Shown here: piece after piece, positions 36,141 through 49,238 of the stretch | Position numbering within the stretch: the stretch's first letter is position 1 | How the letters are laid out: each line of letters begins with the position of its first letter | Source of the DNA: Elsinoe ampelina | Taxonomy: Eukaryota | Assembly (NCBI GenBank): GCA_010093995.1 | Contig: ML992502.1 | Coordinates: 1,584,312 to 1,648,311, forward strand | Direction: 5' to 3' | Length of the DNA: 64,000 nucleotides | Position numbers and translations under genes: made by a program | Notes under the pieces: generated by a model | Databases searched by the model: none | What the model saw: the letters and a program-made list of their open reading frames with translations, nothing else | Told to the model about the DNA's origin: nothing

Positions 36141-37360
36141 ATGAAGACCGCTTTCCTTGCTCTCTGCTCAGCGGCCGTGGCTGCTGGAGCATCTCTCGTC
36201 CCCCGTGGTGCTCTCAACCACGGCGACAAGCCCCTCCAATACCGAGGCTTCGACATCAGCAGCGTCCTCGTCGAAGAGCGCAAGAACGTCACCTTCATCA
36301 ACACCCAAAAGAAGAACCGCACCGAGCCCATCGAGGACATCCTCGGCGCCAAAGGCACCAACACCTACCGCCTCAGGTACACCTCCCCCACCCCCTCACA
36401 TGCCTCTCCTCGCTAACCCCTCCCAGACTCTGGGTCGACCCCGTCGACCCCACCTACCAAGGCTACGGCCTCGACTACAACATCGAGCTCGCCTCCCGCC
36501 TGCACAAAAAGGGCTACAAAATCTACCTCGACTACCACTTCTCGCACACCTGGGCCGATCCACAGAAACAATTCATCCCGCCAGCATGGGAGGGTCTCTC
36601 CCTCGAGGCCACGGCCAAGACGATCAGGCAATACGTCCGCACCACCCTCCTCGCTTTCCATCGCGCGCGCATCCCCGTCGAGATCGCCTCCCTCGGGAAT
36701 GAGATCCGTAACGGCATGCTCTGGCCGCTTGCGAGGGCCTACCCCTTCCTGGACACGAGGCAGGAGAGGATCTCGAACTTCACGAATCTGGCGACGGTGT
36801 GGGCTGCTGCGAGGAGGGGTGTGGATGATGCGGTCTCGGCTGGTGCGCATCGGCCGCAGACTATGATCCATGTCGACAATGGGTACAACAAGACTCTGCA
36901 GTTGAACTGGTACGATGCGTTGTTCGGGACTGGGCTGGTGAAGCCGAGTGATGTGGATATCTTCGGGGTTAGCTTCTATCCTTTCTACGGGTTGAATGCG
37001 ACGCTGGATAACCTGCTTGATACGGCGAATGCCTTGACCGGGAGATACAAGAAGCCGTTCCATGTGGTGGAGACGGATTTTCCTGTTATCTGCGAGGGGG
37101 TGGAGTTGAGTGAGCCTCGCTTCCCGGTGTCGGCCAGGGGACAGACGGAGTGGGTGCAGGCTATTATTGATGTGTTGCAGAAGGTGAAGGGTGGGTGGGG
37201 TCAGGGTATCAACTTTTGGGAACCAGGCTTTGTTGATGTGACGAGCTTGGGAAGTAATTGTACTGATGCGTTGGCCTTCAATGTGGACTGGTCAGGTTTG
37301 CCGAATACCATCAAGGCATACTCGAGGGAGAGTGTGGATATGTTTGCGAAGGGAAGGTAG
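36141..37360 (+). CDS. GH53 endo-beta-1,4-galactanase, secreted
   Basis: Signal peptide; LQYRGFDISS, RLWVDP, YLDYHFSHTWADPQKQ, SLGNEIRNG, VSFYPFY, VVETDFP, FWEP; intron ~36377-36426. Confidence 0.93.
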
Positions 37361-38236
37361 AAAGTATACATAGAAAGAGATGTCAACTGTGACAACCACA
37401 TTGCACAATGTGCTGGTGGGCCTACCTTCTTGCCCGCCTCGACCACCACTCCTGAGATGCCTTCATGAAGTTTCCGCTACCTGTCCATAGGCTCCATTGT
37501 GCAACTAGTCTAAACTGCCGAGCACAAAATTTCGCAACTCCAGTCCTGTCCTGTGGTACTCCGTAGGAGATCCGTGCAGATCGCTCATGCCGGTGGGGGC
37601 TTCTCCGCACATTAAGGTCGGGTCCAGTGCCGGCGGAAGAATCTGCAGGGCTTTCTGGCGCAAACAACCTGACTGCGGACAATCTGAATTTGGAAGCGAC
37701 GACGAAAGCAGAAGCAAATCAGTCCGCGGAGTCGGAGTAATAAGCAGCGAACTGGTTGATGTCTTCGACGGGCAGTCTACCGAGCAATTTCCAAGCTCAG
37801 CTCTGACGGATGCTAGCAAGTGTGCTGTGATGCTTTCCACTTGATCGATCTTGACTCATAGCGATATTGGCATCGTCCAGCATGTTTGATTGTTAGCGGC
37901 TTTGTAGCGCAGGAGCTGTGAGGTCGTGAGCTTGTGGATGCACATTCTGCAGCATCGTGAGAAGTGAAGTCAAAAAGCCCCACCCAAGATGTCCCCGCAG
38001 CCAATCAATTTCACCTGCGGCTCAATTCTTCTCCCTTGCATTTTGAGCATTGTACATTGCCCATGACACACAACACGCGCGACACCAAAACCATCAGATC
38101 TGACCAGAACCTCCCACCCAGCAAGCAAAACACGACCTGAAGCTTCGTCAAGGGATTCCCTCCCCGCCCGCCCAAATACCATACCACCACACCCTCCTCC
38201 ACACCGTGACTCGCCCCTGCCAGGACAACCACCACC

Positions 38237-39354
38237 ATGCCCTCCCTCCCCACCCCTCCCTCCACCTTCGACATCGTCCAAACCTACACGCGCCTCCTCC
38301 ACGACGATCCAGACCTCACCATGCCAGTAGCAGCAATCGAAGCCCTCGTCATCGCCCTCAGCCAACACCCCTCCACCACCGTCTCCGAAACCCTCTCCCT
38401 CCTCACCTCCCTCACCGCCAAGCTAAAAGCCGGCATCTCCAACCCCATCGCGCTCTCCGCCGGCACAGATCTCTTCCAGCGGTACATCATCACCACCCTC
38501 CAGCGGCCGTCTGGCCTCGGCGGGGCGGCGGGCGAGGAGGCGAGTTTCGATGAGATACGCAGCCATCTCGTGCGGAACGGGAGGTTGTTCGTGGAGCGAG
38601 CGAAGGAGGCGAGGGAGAGGATCGCGGCGTTCGGGAGGGGGTTTGTCAGGGATGGGTCGGTGGTGTTGACGAATGGGGGGAGTAGGGTTGTGGGGGCGTT
38701 GTTGCGGAGTGCCGCGGAGGGGTCCAGGGGATTTGGCAGAGGAGGAAGTGTCAGGTTCAAGGTCGTTTATGTGGTGAATTCGCCGGCGCCGTTGTCGGGA
38801 GGGGCGAAGAAGGAGGGGAAGGTGCCGGGTTTGGTTGGGGATGAGGAGAGTAGGGCGAATATTTCGGCATTGAGGAAATTGGGAGTGCCGGTGGCGGTGA
38901 TTCCGGCGACGGCGATGGCGTATTGTTTGGGACAGGTGACGGCTTGTTTTGTGGGGGCGGAGGGGGTGGTGGAGAATGGAGGGATTATTAGCAGGTTGGG
39001 AACGTATCAGATGGGGATGTTGGCGAAGCAGGCAGGTAAGCCCTTCTATGTGGTTGCAGAGAGTCACAAGTTTGTGAGGTTGTATCCGCTGGGGCAGAAT
39101 GACTTGGGGATCGAGCAAAACATCGTGGACTTCAGAACGGATGACGGAGATACGGCTTCAAAGGCAGATGTGTCTGGTTCGATACAAACGAGCTTGGACG
39201 AGGCGGTGGACTTCACGGTAAGTGTACTCTAGAAGTGTGATTGATCATTGCTGACAATCTCTAGCCTCCTCATCTCATATCCGGCATCATCACAGAGTCG
39301 GGAGTGCTGCTTCCAAGTGCGGTCAGCGAAGAGCTCATCAAGATATGGTTCTAG
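38237..39354 (+). CDS. GCN3: eIF2B alpha subunit
   Basis: TMPVAAIEAL, LSAGTDLF, VGAEGVVENGGII, VAESHKFVRLYPL, VDFT/PP..SAVSEELIKIW; intron 39218-39264. Confidence 0.93.
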
Positions 39355-39757
39355 AAGAATCTGCTTGGACATGGCTATGCCGGTTGAGAGCTGTCCAAAT
39401 ATCGGATATTCTACATGACTGGACCGTTCTGTGTCGCCGCTCAGGTCAATTCAAGCTCAGAACGAGCTATCCCAGCCTCACCCAAGCGGGTAAGTCCCAG
39501 CATTGTCCGCCAGGGAAGCCACCTGACGCCCGGCCCTTCCATCCAGACATCACGAAGACGTGTGACACGGAGGAGATTGTTTCACGTTTTGGCATGAGAG
39601 GAGGTATCTACCAGCATCTATCAATGCCAGAATCAGAACTCCATCTTTGGCTCTGTTGCCCGACTGATGCTTCCGTGGTATCATAAATACTCATATACGC
39701 TCAAGAATGCTTCCAAAACTCTCATGAGCCCTAGCACTTGTGATTTAGAGCACATTG

Positions 39758-41484
39758 CTAGGGCCTCTCGTACGATGCTGTGACATCCTTTCCCCTGTAC
39801 GCTGCAATCTCCCTCTCCTTGGCAGCGAGAGCTTCCCGCATTTGCGCTAATTCTCGCTCAAGTTCAGCGTGCCTGTCGTCTGGTGCGTCTTTTGGTCGTG
39901 ATGACAAGGTCGTCGAAGTGGGCTCGTCGTGATTGAGAATTGATGACAGCATGGGATCAATGACAGTCGTTGCTCGTTCATGCGTTGTCCCAGAAACAGA
40001 AGGACCTGTCGTGGACGCAGCTTCTCCGTTGCTCTGAGAGAACGATCGTTTCCGGCGATTCTCTTCAGGGGAAGCATGCGACATCGCAGTTTTGCGTAGT
40101 GCTGGCTGGTAATGTGTAAAGTCGACTGGAACCGGACCTCTGCCTATCGATCGATCGTACTCTGTAGCATGTGACGAGTCGTCCATTGCAGCGTCATCTG
40201 AATGATGCTGATGATTATGATGATTATTTTGCCGATGGACTGGTTGATCGGGTGCTGGATTCATCAAGCTGTTCAGAGCAAGATGATTCGACGACGGAGT
40301 GGAGGAGGCAGAGGTGTTGATTTGTGTCTGGTTGGGAGGTTGGTACATGGGAATCTGCGAGACCATGTTTGAGTTTTCATAGACGTGGTTTTGATCGTGG
40401 ACTGCGGGAACGACGCGCTTTCTGCGTTTGATCTCTGATTTTTTCATCTGGACCGGGCGATGGACACCATGGAGTTTGTGGTACAATCCTGCGGGTGTTA
40501 ATGACGTCCCACACATTTGCTATCGATGTCACCTACCACACGCGTTGCAGATCGTGTGACCCTCTTCGTCTCTGCGCCATAATGGAGTGACAGTAGTCCC
40601 GCAATTCTGACATGCAACCACAACATTCATCGCCCCTGGTGTCTCCATGTTCTGCGCATGCGCATATGGGCTTTCGTTCCTGGTCGATGTGCCCTCGGTG
40701 TCTGATTGTGGTCCGGGGGTTCCTTCTGCAGTCTGTGCCAACGCAAATTGTGCCGTCTTTGCGACCCTGTTGTTGTATGCCGGACATCCATTGCAGCCAT
40801 CGTGCCCGCCAGTCCCGTTGCATCGTCCGCCTCCAGGGCAGGTACCAGCGACGTTGGTGTTGGCAGACACATATGCCACAGGTGGACCTGATCGCGCAGC
40901 GTCAGATGATTGTGACCCGTCGGCTCGCGAACCAGTGCTCTCTTGCTGTGGCTGTTGTGGTTGTCTGCGCATTCCAACGGGGCGCATCTGATTTCGAGCC
41001 TTCAGGTAGAGGCCACATGCATTGCAGATAGTATCGCCAGTCGGAGATCTCCTCCAAAGGGGTGTCCTAGTCGTACCGCAGTTGCTACAATGTGTTAGCC
41101 GAGACACAGTCCATGCTGATCGCATTCTACGAACCTGCATATCTGACCAGTGGTGATCGCAGAAGTTGGCATACGCCGTGCCTGCTGAGAGTCCGCAGGG
41201 CTGTGAGCCGCCTTGGGCGAGGTCGAGGAGTATGGCTGTGGTGACACCTCAAAATGTGTATTCGGAGAGACCGAAGTCCGTTGGTGTGACGAGTCTGTTG
41301 AACTTGGCGGTGCTGGATGGGCTGATAATTCGCGGGCGTTGTGCTGTATACCTTTGGCATGGTTCACGAGTTGTTCCGCTAGCTCTATGTCCTCCCTCGA
41401 AGGCTCCCGGTGCATGGAAGGAGTCGGTGCTCCGCTCGAGGTCGGTATCGAGGCCGGTGGGGGCTCCTGCGATGCGGTAGCCAT
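39758..41484 (-). CDS. sreA: GATA-type iron-responsive repressor SreA/Sre1/Urbs1
   Basis: Two GATA fingers (CSNCGTTRTPLWRR..CNACG; CQNCGTTVTPLWRR..CNACG) flanking Cys-rich CPGGGRCNGTGGHDGCNGCPAYNN; C-terminal coiled coil; 2 introns. Confidence 0.95.
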
Positions 41485-41840
41485 TTCGGCGTGATTTGAG
41501 GTTATCGTTGTTGATGCATGAGCCGATCTCGTCTTGAATCTGCCGTCCAAAAACTCCTTGGTCTCAAAAGCCTTCAGTTGTCGACAAGCGCGCAGTGATT
41601 TGGGTGCCTGGAGCGGACGGAGATCGAACGGCGATAAGATAGACGGCGCCTGGTGCCCTTAGTTCTGGGTCTGAGACTTTGCGTTGTGCACAGCGTGTTC
41701 GCCTGCTTCGAGCAGGCTCTGAGAGAACTGGTAGCTGGTTGGATATCAGATGTGTCACGGCAGGGGGTGTTCTGATCGCGTAATAGTACAAAAGACGACG
41801 TCAATTTCGCGACGGGTCAGCAGCTTTTACGACGTCGCTG

Positions 41841-41859
41841 ATTGGATGGCAGAAATTGG
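41841..41859 (-). promoter_or_regulatory. Tandem CCAAT boxes upstream of sreA
   Basis: ATTGG at 41841 and 41855. sreA is an established CBC/HapX target, but the bipartite CSAAT-N12-RWT motif is not matched exactly. Confidence 0.35.
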
Positions 41860-42399
41860 TTCGCGGAAGAGGCTCCGGTCGATCGGCCCAGTAGCCAGAA
41901 CCCCCGTCTTGGCCGCATCAAATCTGCCGACACTCTATCTTGGGAAGGTTGAAACACGCAGGACATGCTCTTGACAAACGCATGGTGACATTCAAAACCA
42001 CATGTAGTAAAGTTTCTGTGGTGTGTGTTCAGCTTAGTAGTTCCCCCATTGAGTACTGTCATAGATTGCTCAATGTCGCAATGTTCCATTCAGGAGACTT
42101 GGCACGATTGGAACGGCATTGTGCTGCTGAGTCTGGTAGTAACTTATTCCAACTGCTTAGATCTAAATCCACCGGTGGACTGCGACCAGTCCCCGTTCCC
42201 AAGGTATAAGTACTCGACTCCCTTTTCGTTGTATGGGCACCCCCTTGCGCCAATCGCCCCGTCGCAAACGTTCTTCCAATAGTGTACAATCGTGAAAGGG
42301 CTTGCTGTGTATACATCGCGTACACTGTACGACGCAAAGGCGCAAGTTGCTCTTCCAACAAGATCTCGTTCGTCGTTGGTGACGGACGTTCGTAAGTCA

Positions 42400-43116
42400 T
42401 TAGACTTGCTCAGCACCCCAGCCTGCGTCAGCATCCCTTCATGGTGTGTTAGACAGAGTCTCAAAGACAATTCAACCATTGTCATACCTCATGTTCGCAG
42501 GTGGCTCGATGCTGGGAACGTATTCGAGGACTACGTAACCAATACCAACGACCGTGACAAGTGCGCCGGCTGTGTATCTCCACCAGTTATTGCCCATGAT
42601 GATGCAGCCCACAAAGATGTAGACTGTACATTGTTAGTCCTTGATGGTTCCAACATTACTGGCTCTTTCTGACGTACAGATACCGCGACCGATGAATGAG
42701 AACATGAACGAGGCATATCTCGCGACTTGAGGCGGGATTTGGAACTCTGGAGTTCGCGGTTAGACTCTGGGGTAGCTGTCTTCAGCGACTTCGAGCGTAC
42801 CAAGCAGGGCATTTCCTGCAAGAATGGTCAGCAAACCGATCCGGTGCTGGCAGTGCGATTTGAAGCTTACCAAGGCCAAAGAGGATAACGTAGACACCAA
42901 CGATCACATTCTGGCTGTACCTTCATCAGACTCTATGCACCATCATCATCTTTCCAGTGTCATACATGGCAAAGCTTGGGAAGAATTGTCCTATGCCACC
43001 AAGGACCATGAAAACTCCAACTGCAAGGTTGACTATCCGGCTGGGAAGGCATCAGCATAACGCGCTCGAGTGTCGCAAGAGCCATTGAGCGCTCACAAGA
43101 TGTCGGAGAAGTCCAT
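42400..43116 (-). CDS. TVP15: Golgi membrane protein Tvp15 (COPI-associated), multi-exon
   Basis: Hand-spliced MDFSDIFRIVNLAVGVFMVLGG...EFQIPPQVARYASFMFSFIGRG...LEYVPSIEPPANMR..DAGWGAEQV; missed by the ORF track. Confidence 0.8.
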
Positions 43117-43455
43117 GTTGATGGCGAATGAGGAGCGAAGTGCAATTCAGAGAGGATGAAATGTATTAGCAGTGCCGGAACTCGAGTGTCGTGGATGTTG
43201 AGGCTTGATGTTTTGGAAAGCTTGGTTGCTGAACGAAGCTCGAGTTGGCCGGAGCTGTTTTGGGACGCGAGCGGCTTGCACCTCCGCCTTTCACAGCCCT
43301 GTGACGTCTCATGAACCCTAAGGTATGTCTCCTTGGATACTTACCCAGGCGGAGAGCATGACACAGGCGTGCATTATTCATTCATCTCTATCTACATACA
43401 AAGCATTTCATCTACAACATCATTACCATTATCCATCCATACATGTGATCGCGTA

Positions 43456-44714
43456 TCATAGCCTCGCTCGCAGCATCGATGCTGCAGCTACTAACTTCTC
43501 GACCGCCTGAGAACAACCGTACGAGGTTTGATATCCGTAACCTCCATGGCCGTAATTATGCACAACAGTGAGGTCGTGACCGTTCTGAGCTTTCATCACC
43601 TCGGTCTCAAGCCTGATACCACCTTCACGCATCGGTCGTAGACCAACGCCATGCCTGACAATATCCAAAGCCTCGATGCCTTTCCCCTCAGGGACAAGTT
43701 CGGGGCAGAGCTCTATGGCTCGCTTCATAATTCTAATGGCCAGACTCGGGTCGACCTGACTTTCCCAGCTACCTTTCTGCAAGCAGCCACCAAGAATACA
43801 GCCGCCACCAGCAGCGCGATGCATCACATAGGTAGCCTCATCGGGTCCGTCGTCCGTACCCGACGTTGTCGACATGACTTTTGGATCGTTCCTGACCAAG
43901 ACGATTTGACCTCGAGCGGGATACAGGGTTCGATCCTCAACTCCACCGAGCTTCAAGGAAGACAGGCCAGTACAGTTGACCACAATGTCTGCCACATCTC
44001 CAGAATGGTGCAGGTGTGCAGCCTCAGCGACGTGCCGAACATTGCCTCGACGGACCACGACTCCATTGCGAAGACATTGGGACATCAGCCATGGTAAGTA
44101 CAACGCTGTGTTGATGCAGACGGACGTGAAGGATGTGCCTCCGTCTGCACCTGCAGGTAGCTGGGAAGCAGGTATTGGCTTGAACTATGAGATGTCAGCA
44201 GAATCGATAGCTGGAGGATTGAGTGGGTGCCAACATTGGGGACTAGATCTTTAAACCAGGCATCCTCTTTTGCCAGCTCGGACATCCAATCACTGACAGG
44301 AGTACCTGCATCCTTCGCTCGCCGGTAGACAGCAGTATTTTGAAAATGGACGCCTGCTTCGGGTAGATCACGTGCCAACTTCTCAAGCTCCGGCCATGTG
44401 TTTCGTTCATAGTCTCTCGAAGGTGTTCCATCTTGTGACATGCTAAGAATGTCCATGAGCTGAACGGTTCATCACAACTGACACAAATACGTACGGAAAG
44501 AAATTTGCACCCGCCCATGGACTAGCATACTCTATGTCGTAATCACCTGGCATGTGTTTTGAGATGATTGTGATGCTGTAACGGCCATGTCGAGATAACA
44601 AAAGTGCAGACGTCAGGCCCGAGACTCCGGCTCTGGCACATGTTAGATCTTTGCTCCGTAATCGACTGTGCATGTGAGATTTCACCCCAGAACTACAATC
44701 TTTGTGGGCGCCAT
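43456..44714 (-). CDS. D-amino acid oxidase, peroxisomal (C-terminal ARL)
   Basis: IVVLG/AGVSG, YASPWAGAN, VVNCTGL, PARGQ, VGLRP, VHNYGHGGYGYQ; 3 introns. Confidence 0.92.
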
Positions 44715-45397
44715 GGTGTCGGGTCAGCAGTGCACAGGGTCGTGACACGGAGGCCTGATGAGGGGTTGATTTGAGCAACGAGCGCTGTGACGGCCGGAAG
44801 AAGCAATTGGCGCTTCAAAGGTGCTGAATCCGGAAGCGACGCGCTTTGAAAGCAAAATCCACAAAGAACTCTGTCCAGAGTCAAAGAAGCATATCTGCAT
44901 ATCTGCATAGAAAAGAACTTGACTCATCTAACCAGATCTTATCAACTTCGCCCTACAATCTCCGAACGCTACCGAGCAATAATTGACAGCAAAAAAGTTA
45001 GACATCCAATCCATGACATCGGAGGCTGCACCAGCAACAAACTGCCCGCCGAAGAGTCGCCTATCCGCGTCCACGCCCGCCGATTGGCTCCGTTTGTCCC
45101 TGAACGCCGCAGGAAGTCTGGGAGAGGCCCAGAGGGAAGACCGACAGCTCCCGCGTGCCCAGGTCCACATCAGGTAGGCTCGCATGCTCTCTCTCCCCAA
45201 AGTCCTTGAAAACAGTCCATACATTTGTTCTTTTTGTCCCCAGCATTTCGGGGCTCTGTAAATCTAGATCCTGCTTGTCATATCCTGTCGAGCATGTCCT
45301 AGATTGCAGAGTTCCTCATCCTCCCCGTCCTCATGAATTTCGAAAACGCGCTAGGCCACGGTTCGCTGACGCTCGCATTTCAGGAGCACAGCCAACC

Positions 45398-46834
45398 ATG
45401 CGAGGTTATGAAGATGAGTTCCCAGTGCTTAGTGATCTGGGCCTCTATGCTGCAAAGACCACAGGCGATGGTAAGTGTATCTGAGCCTACCTCACATGTA
45501 CTAGACTGACCAGACATTACAGGAAACTGCTTGTTCTACGCCCTCTCCGACCAGCTGTACGGTTCGGAAGACAAGGGAGCTGAGATTCGTGCAACTGTCA
45601 TAGACTTCCTTCGAAATCATGCCGACGAATACAAATTATTCCTCGTGGTCAATGCTGGTGGTGGATCACGAAGAAACCCAAAGAGAAAGACAACCGTTCC
45701 TGCACATCCACAGACGATTGAAGCCCCATCGGCTGAAGACATAGACCGGGCATGGGAAGAGCACTTGGCTCAAATGGCAAAAGGCGGGACCTATGGCGAT
45801 AATATGGAGATTCGGGCTTTTGCTGCAGCCTACAACACTGATGTTCATGTTTACCAACGCGAACATAAATATGTGGTGTCCGCCGTTCATGGCCAGGTAG
45901 CTCCACACGCCGCTCACGTTGCGTATCATCAGGTATGCTGTCACACGCAACACTTTGTTTCTCACGCTGATCAATTCCTCAGACATGGCTACACTACTCT
46001 TCCATTCGTAACATCGGCGGACCAGAAACCGGAATTCCCCACGTCCAGCCTAGGGCACTCACACCGGAGGAGCAGGAAAAACAAAGGATAAAGATGGCTG
46101 CAGTACCCCTAGTACAGCCGTGGCAGATCAAGGCTCTTTTGAACTCACTGCCATTCCTCATCGACAACGCGCTAGCTAAGAGGACGCTCGAAGAAACTAA
46201 AGGCGATCTCAACGCTGCCTGCTCAAAACTGCTGGATGCGGACGATGGAGGCAGTGCCTCGTCCGCGCAAGAGAGCTCTAGTATTGAGCGAGAGCCCGAC
46301 AGCGACGACGAACTTCTCCATGCCCCTAACAAGAGGCAAGACCGTCGCATGAGCAGGACGTCACGCCAAAAGACGCTCCCGTCGTTCGACCCCAACCGAC
46401 TCACGCCATTCGCTCCCGCATCCGACAGTGGCTCACAAGAGTCCATCGACAGCTTTCAGTCGGATACCCCCAGCAGCACAGCCTCACGGATTGACTCACT
46501 GGAGCTCTCAACTTTGCCGGGTGACACTATCAATGTGGCAACCGACCCTGACTCGAGTCCAGCCAAACGACCTCTGCGATTCAAGATCAACCCACCCAAG
46601 CCACCTACAAGCATCCACAACAAAACGAGACAGAGGCAAACAGGTCCTCGTAGGGTCAGTGCTAGGGATAAAAAAGATATGAAGAAACTGGCACAAAAAG
46701 CAGCTCGAAAGGAAAGGCAGCAGGCTGCCGGCGGCAACGTATCTCGCAAGATGAGGACAGGCATGGAGCTGCGCAGTCAGGGCATGACCGAGACACCTCC
46801 CATCGAATCTGGTTTCCGCACGCTTTTCATCTAA
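45398..46834 (+). CDS. OTU-family deubiquitinase with CUE-like region
   Basis: TTGDG/NCLFYALSDQLYG, YGDNMEIRAFA, AYHQ/TWLHYSSIRN; 2 coding introns and a likely 5'UTR intron 45174-45383. Confidence 0.85.
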
Positions 46835-47493
46835 TCACATTCTTCGGCGGGACAGGCGACCTGCTTTAGCGAGCATTGCAGACACAGCTGGTGACACGGC
46901 ACTTGAGCGAGGTGCATTATGGGTACAAACAAAGGCATGGCGATGGCGTTCAAGGGGTATTACACACAAGTCGTTCGCGACCTCTGATGACGAAGGACAA
47001 TCATTGCATTTAGACGTCTCTGGCACTGAAGTGCTCAGCGAGAGACAGACTTCATGATCATGGACCTGATTTTTTTCGGTTTGGAAACAGTACAGGGGCA
47101 TGCTATACAAGCATGTGATAGCATTCGGTACAATCTGCTGCGAGTATCACTCGCTCCGACTACATTCTGGCCTATCTTGACGTGTTGATGACTCGTGCAG
47201 CTGGCCCCTCCACGGCTGTCCGCCTGACTTTGAGGTGGTGATGGAAAGCTCCCGTCGCTGGAGCTCCCCGCAGATCCCTTCCTGTTCCTGATCTTCACGA
47301 TCCGGCTGCATCCTGACATCATCCATCACCAGATCGACCTGCGAGATCGGTCGAAAACATCCGAGGCACAGTGGCACGCACGCGAGAATGCACAAGTCAA
47401 ATTGTAGACCAAGCTAAGGTAAGCTTGCAAACACGGTGACAGCACATCCCTAATCATTGCCTTGCACGCCAGTACCTTTGACCACCCCTCACG

Positions 47494-47630
47494 ATGCCCC
47501 ACTCCCCCTTGAACTACCAGCTGCCCCTCGACCTACCAGCTCTCCTTCCTCATCACCGGCGCCGCCCGCGGCGTAAGCCGCGACCTCACCCTCTCCCTGA
47601 CCCGCGCCGGCCACCGCGTCTTCCCCATGA
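47494..47630 (+). pseudogene. 5' relic of a short-chain dehydrogenase/reductase
   Basis: MPHSPLNY then a shifted frame SFLITGAARGVSRDLTLSLTRAGHRVF (TGxxxGxG Rossmann motif with the last Gly lost); ends at the RKI1 3' end. Confidence 0.65.
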
Positions 47631-47652
47631 GTGGGCTCTTTGGCCAAAAGAT

Positions 47653-48784
47653 CTACTTGCTGCCGTATGGAGCGGACTCCTCGAGCGCTTCGGGAGCTGT
47701 CCGGAGCCGGACCTCGCCATTCTGCAGACCAAAGTAGACTGCGACCGGCTTCTGACCGCCCTGAAGGTTCTGGGCCTGGCTCTGTTCACCATTCATGCCG
47801 AAGAAGAGACCAACCTCGAGAACACCAGTGATGGCTTTGATCTTGGCGGCGAGGGTGGGTACATCGTAGACGCCATCCTTTCCACTACCATCCTTACCAG
47901 CCTTGACGTCCGAGGTACTGAGGAGTGTCTTGAAGGGCGCGTCGATGATGTAGAAACCCTGGTCGGTCTGGATGGGTCCAGTCTTTGCGATAGGATGCTC
48001 ACGTAGCTTGGGGTCCGATGATCCAATGAGTCTGAGTTGATGGATGGCTGTGGCATGGGCAATGGGTGCTACCTCGATTGGTATCGTTGTCCATTTGGTA
48101 AGTAGACGAGACTGGTCTTTCCGGTAGTCTGAGCAGATGTCAGCACCCGGGGCCTGCAGCTCAGGACATGTCTCGGTACGTACCTGCAATGCACACAAAC
48201 TTCTTAGCTCTAGTTGCCACCAGCTTCTCTTGGAACAGACATGCACCGCCACCCTTGATGCAGTTCAATTCCTCGTCTACCTCATCAGCACCATCGAAGG
48301 CCACGTCTAGCAGCGTGGCTTCGCTCAAAGAGTCGAATTGTACTGCGACCAATCCTGCCGACTCTACTGCTTTCCTAGACTGGAAACCGGTCGGCACGAA
48401 AAATATGTTGTGACCTTGAGGTGGTGGGTCTTTGGCAAGGTGGTCTTTGATTGCTTCTATGCCGTACATGATCGTGCTTCCGGACCCAATTCCTACATAT
48501 TTGAAGCTTGATTTGAAGTGATCTTTCACAGCCTGATAGGCGGCCTTCTTCTTGGCCGACTCAATCAGGTCGGTGTTCTCAGAAGACATTGTTCGTTTCG
48601 AAGTATTGTTAAGTGAAGGGGGTTGCTCAATGCTTGACGGTCGCTGGTAGAAACACTGTTCGGGCTCACTTGAGGTTGGACGGCTGCGACTAATTCCAAG
48701 GAGATTGGAGAAATGACGACAGGCAGATGGAGGGCGGACTTGATTCGTTACGAGGCTCAAGTGAGTACGGGAAATCCGTAGCAT
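47653..48784 (-). CDS. RKI1: Ribose-5-phosphate isomerase A
   Basis: VGIGSGST, PTGFQS, DGADEVD, IKGGGACLFQEK, IPIEV, TDQGFYIID, GVLEVGLF; intron ~48183-48130; in-frame ATGs at 48784 and 48589. Confidence 0.95.
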
Positions 48785-49238
48785 ATAGCCGATGTTGGAA
48801 GCCGCAGAGCATTATATGGAATTCGATGCAGCAAGAGGCGTGTCATTTTTTCCCAACGAACAGCCCGCCACACACGCTGCATCTGGCGCTTGGCATGGGA
48901 TAGCGGGGTAAAATCCCATCACCGGATTGCTATTTAATAAGGCATTGCAGAAGTGACTTGCTGGATTGCTACCAATTAGACGAATTGCGATAATCCCTAG
49001 TTCTCTGGTAGTTTCATTTGCCTCTTATTACCAGCATGGTGGACTTGTAACGAGGGCATTGACAGGCTCTGAACTGCAGAGTTGAGGATGATGGAAAGTG
49101 AAGCCGACCCCACCGGCTGTTTGGAGAAAAGTGTGCCCCGCACTCGCGCTCCTTATCGATAAGACATGACTTCACCTACCAGCTCAAACGCCGTCTGGTA
49201 GTAATTGAGCTGCATCCTCCATCAAAGTCCATCTCACG

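Noticed and set aside
37400..38230. ORFs between GH53 and GCN3, likewise 46835-47400 and 58880-59230
   Set aside because: Short, often non-ATG, no coding-like features.
41701..41717. GCCTGCT-TCG-AGCAGGC hairpin upstream of sreA
   Set aside because: 7-bp stem with no known motif; plausible by chance.
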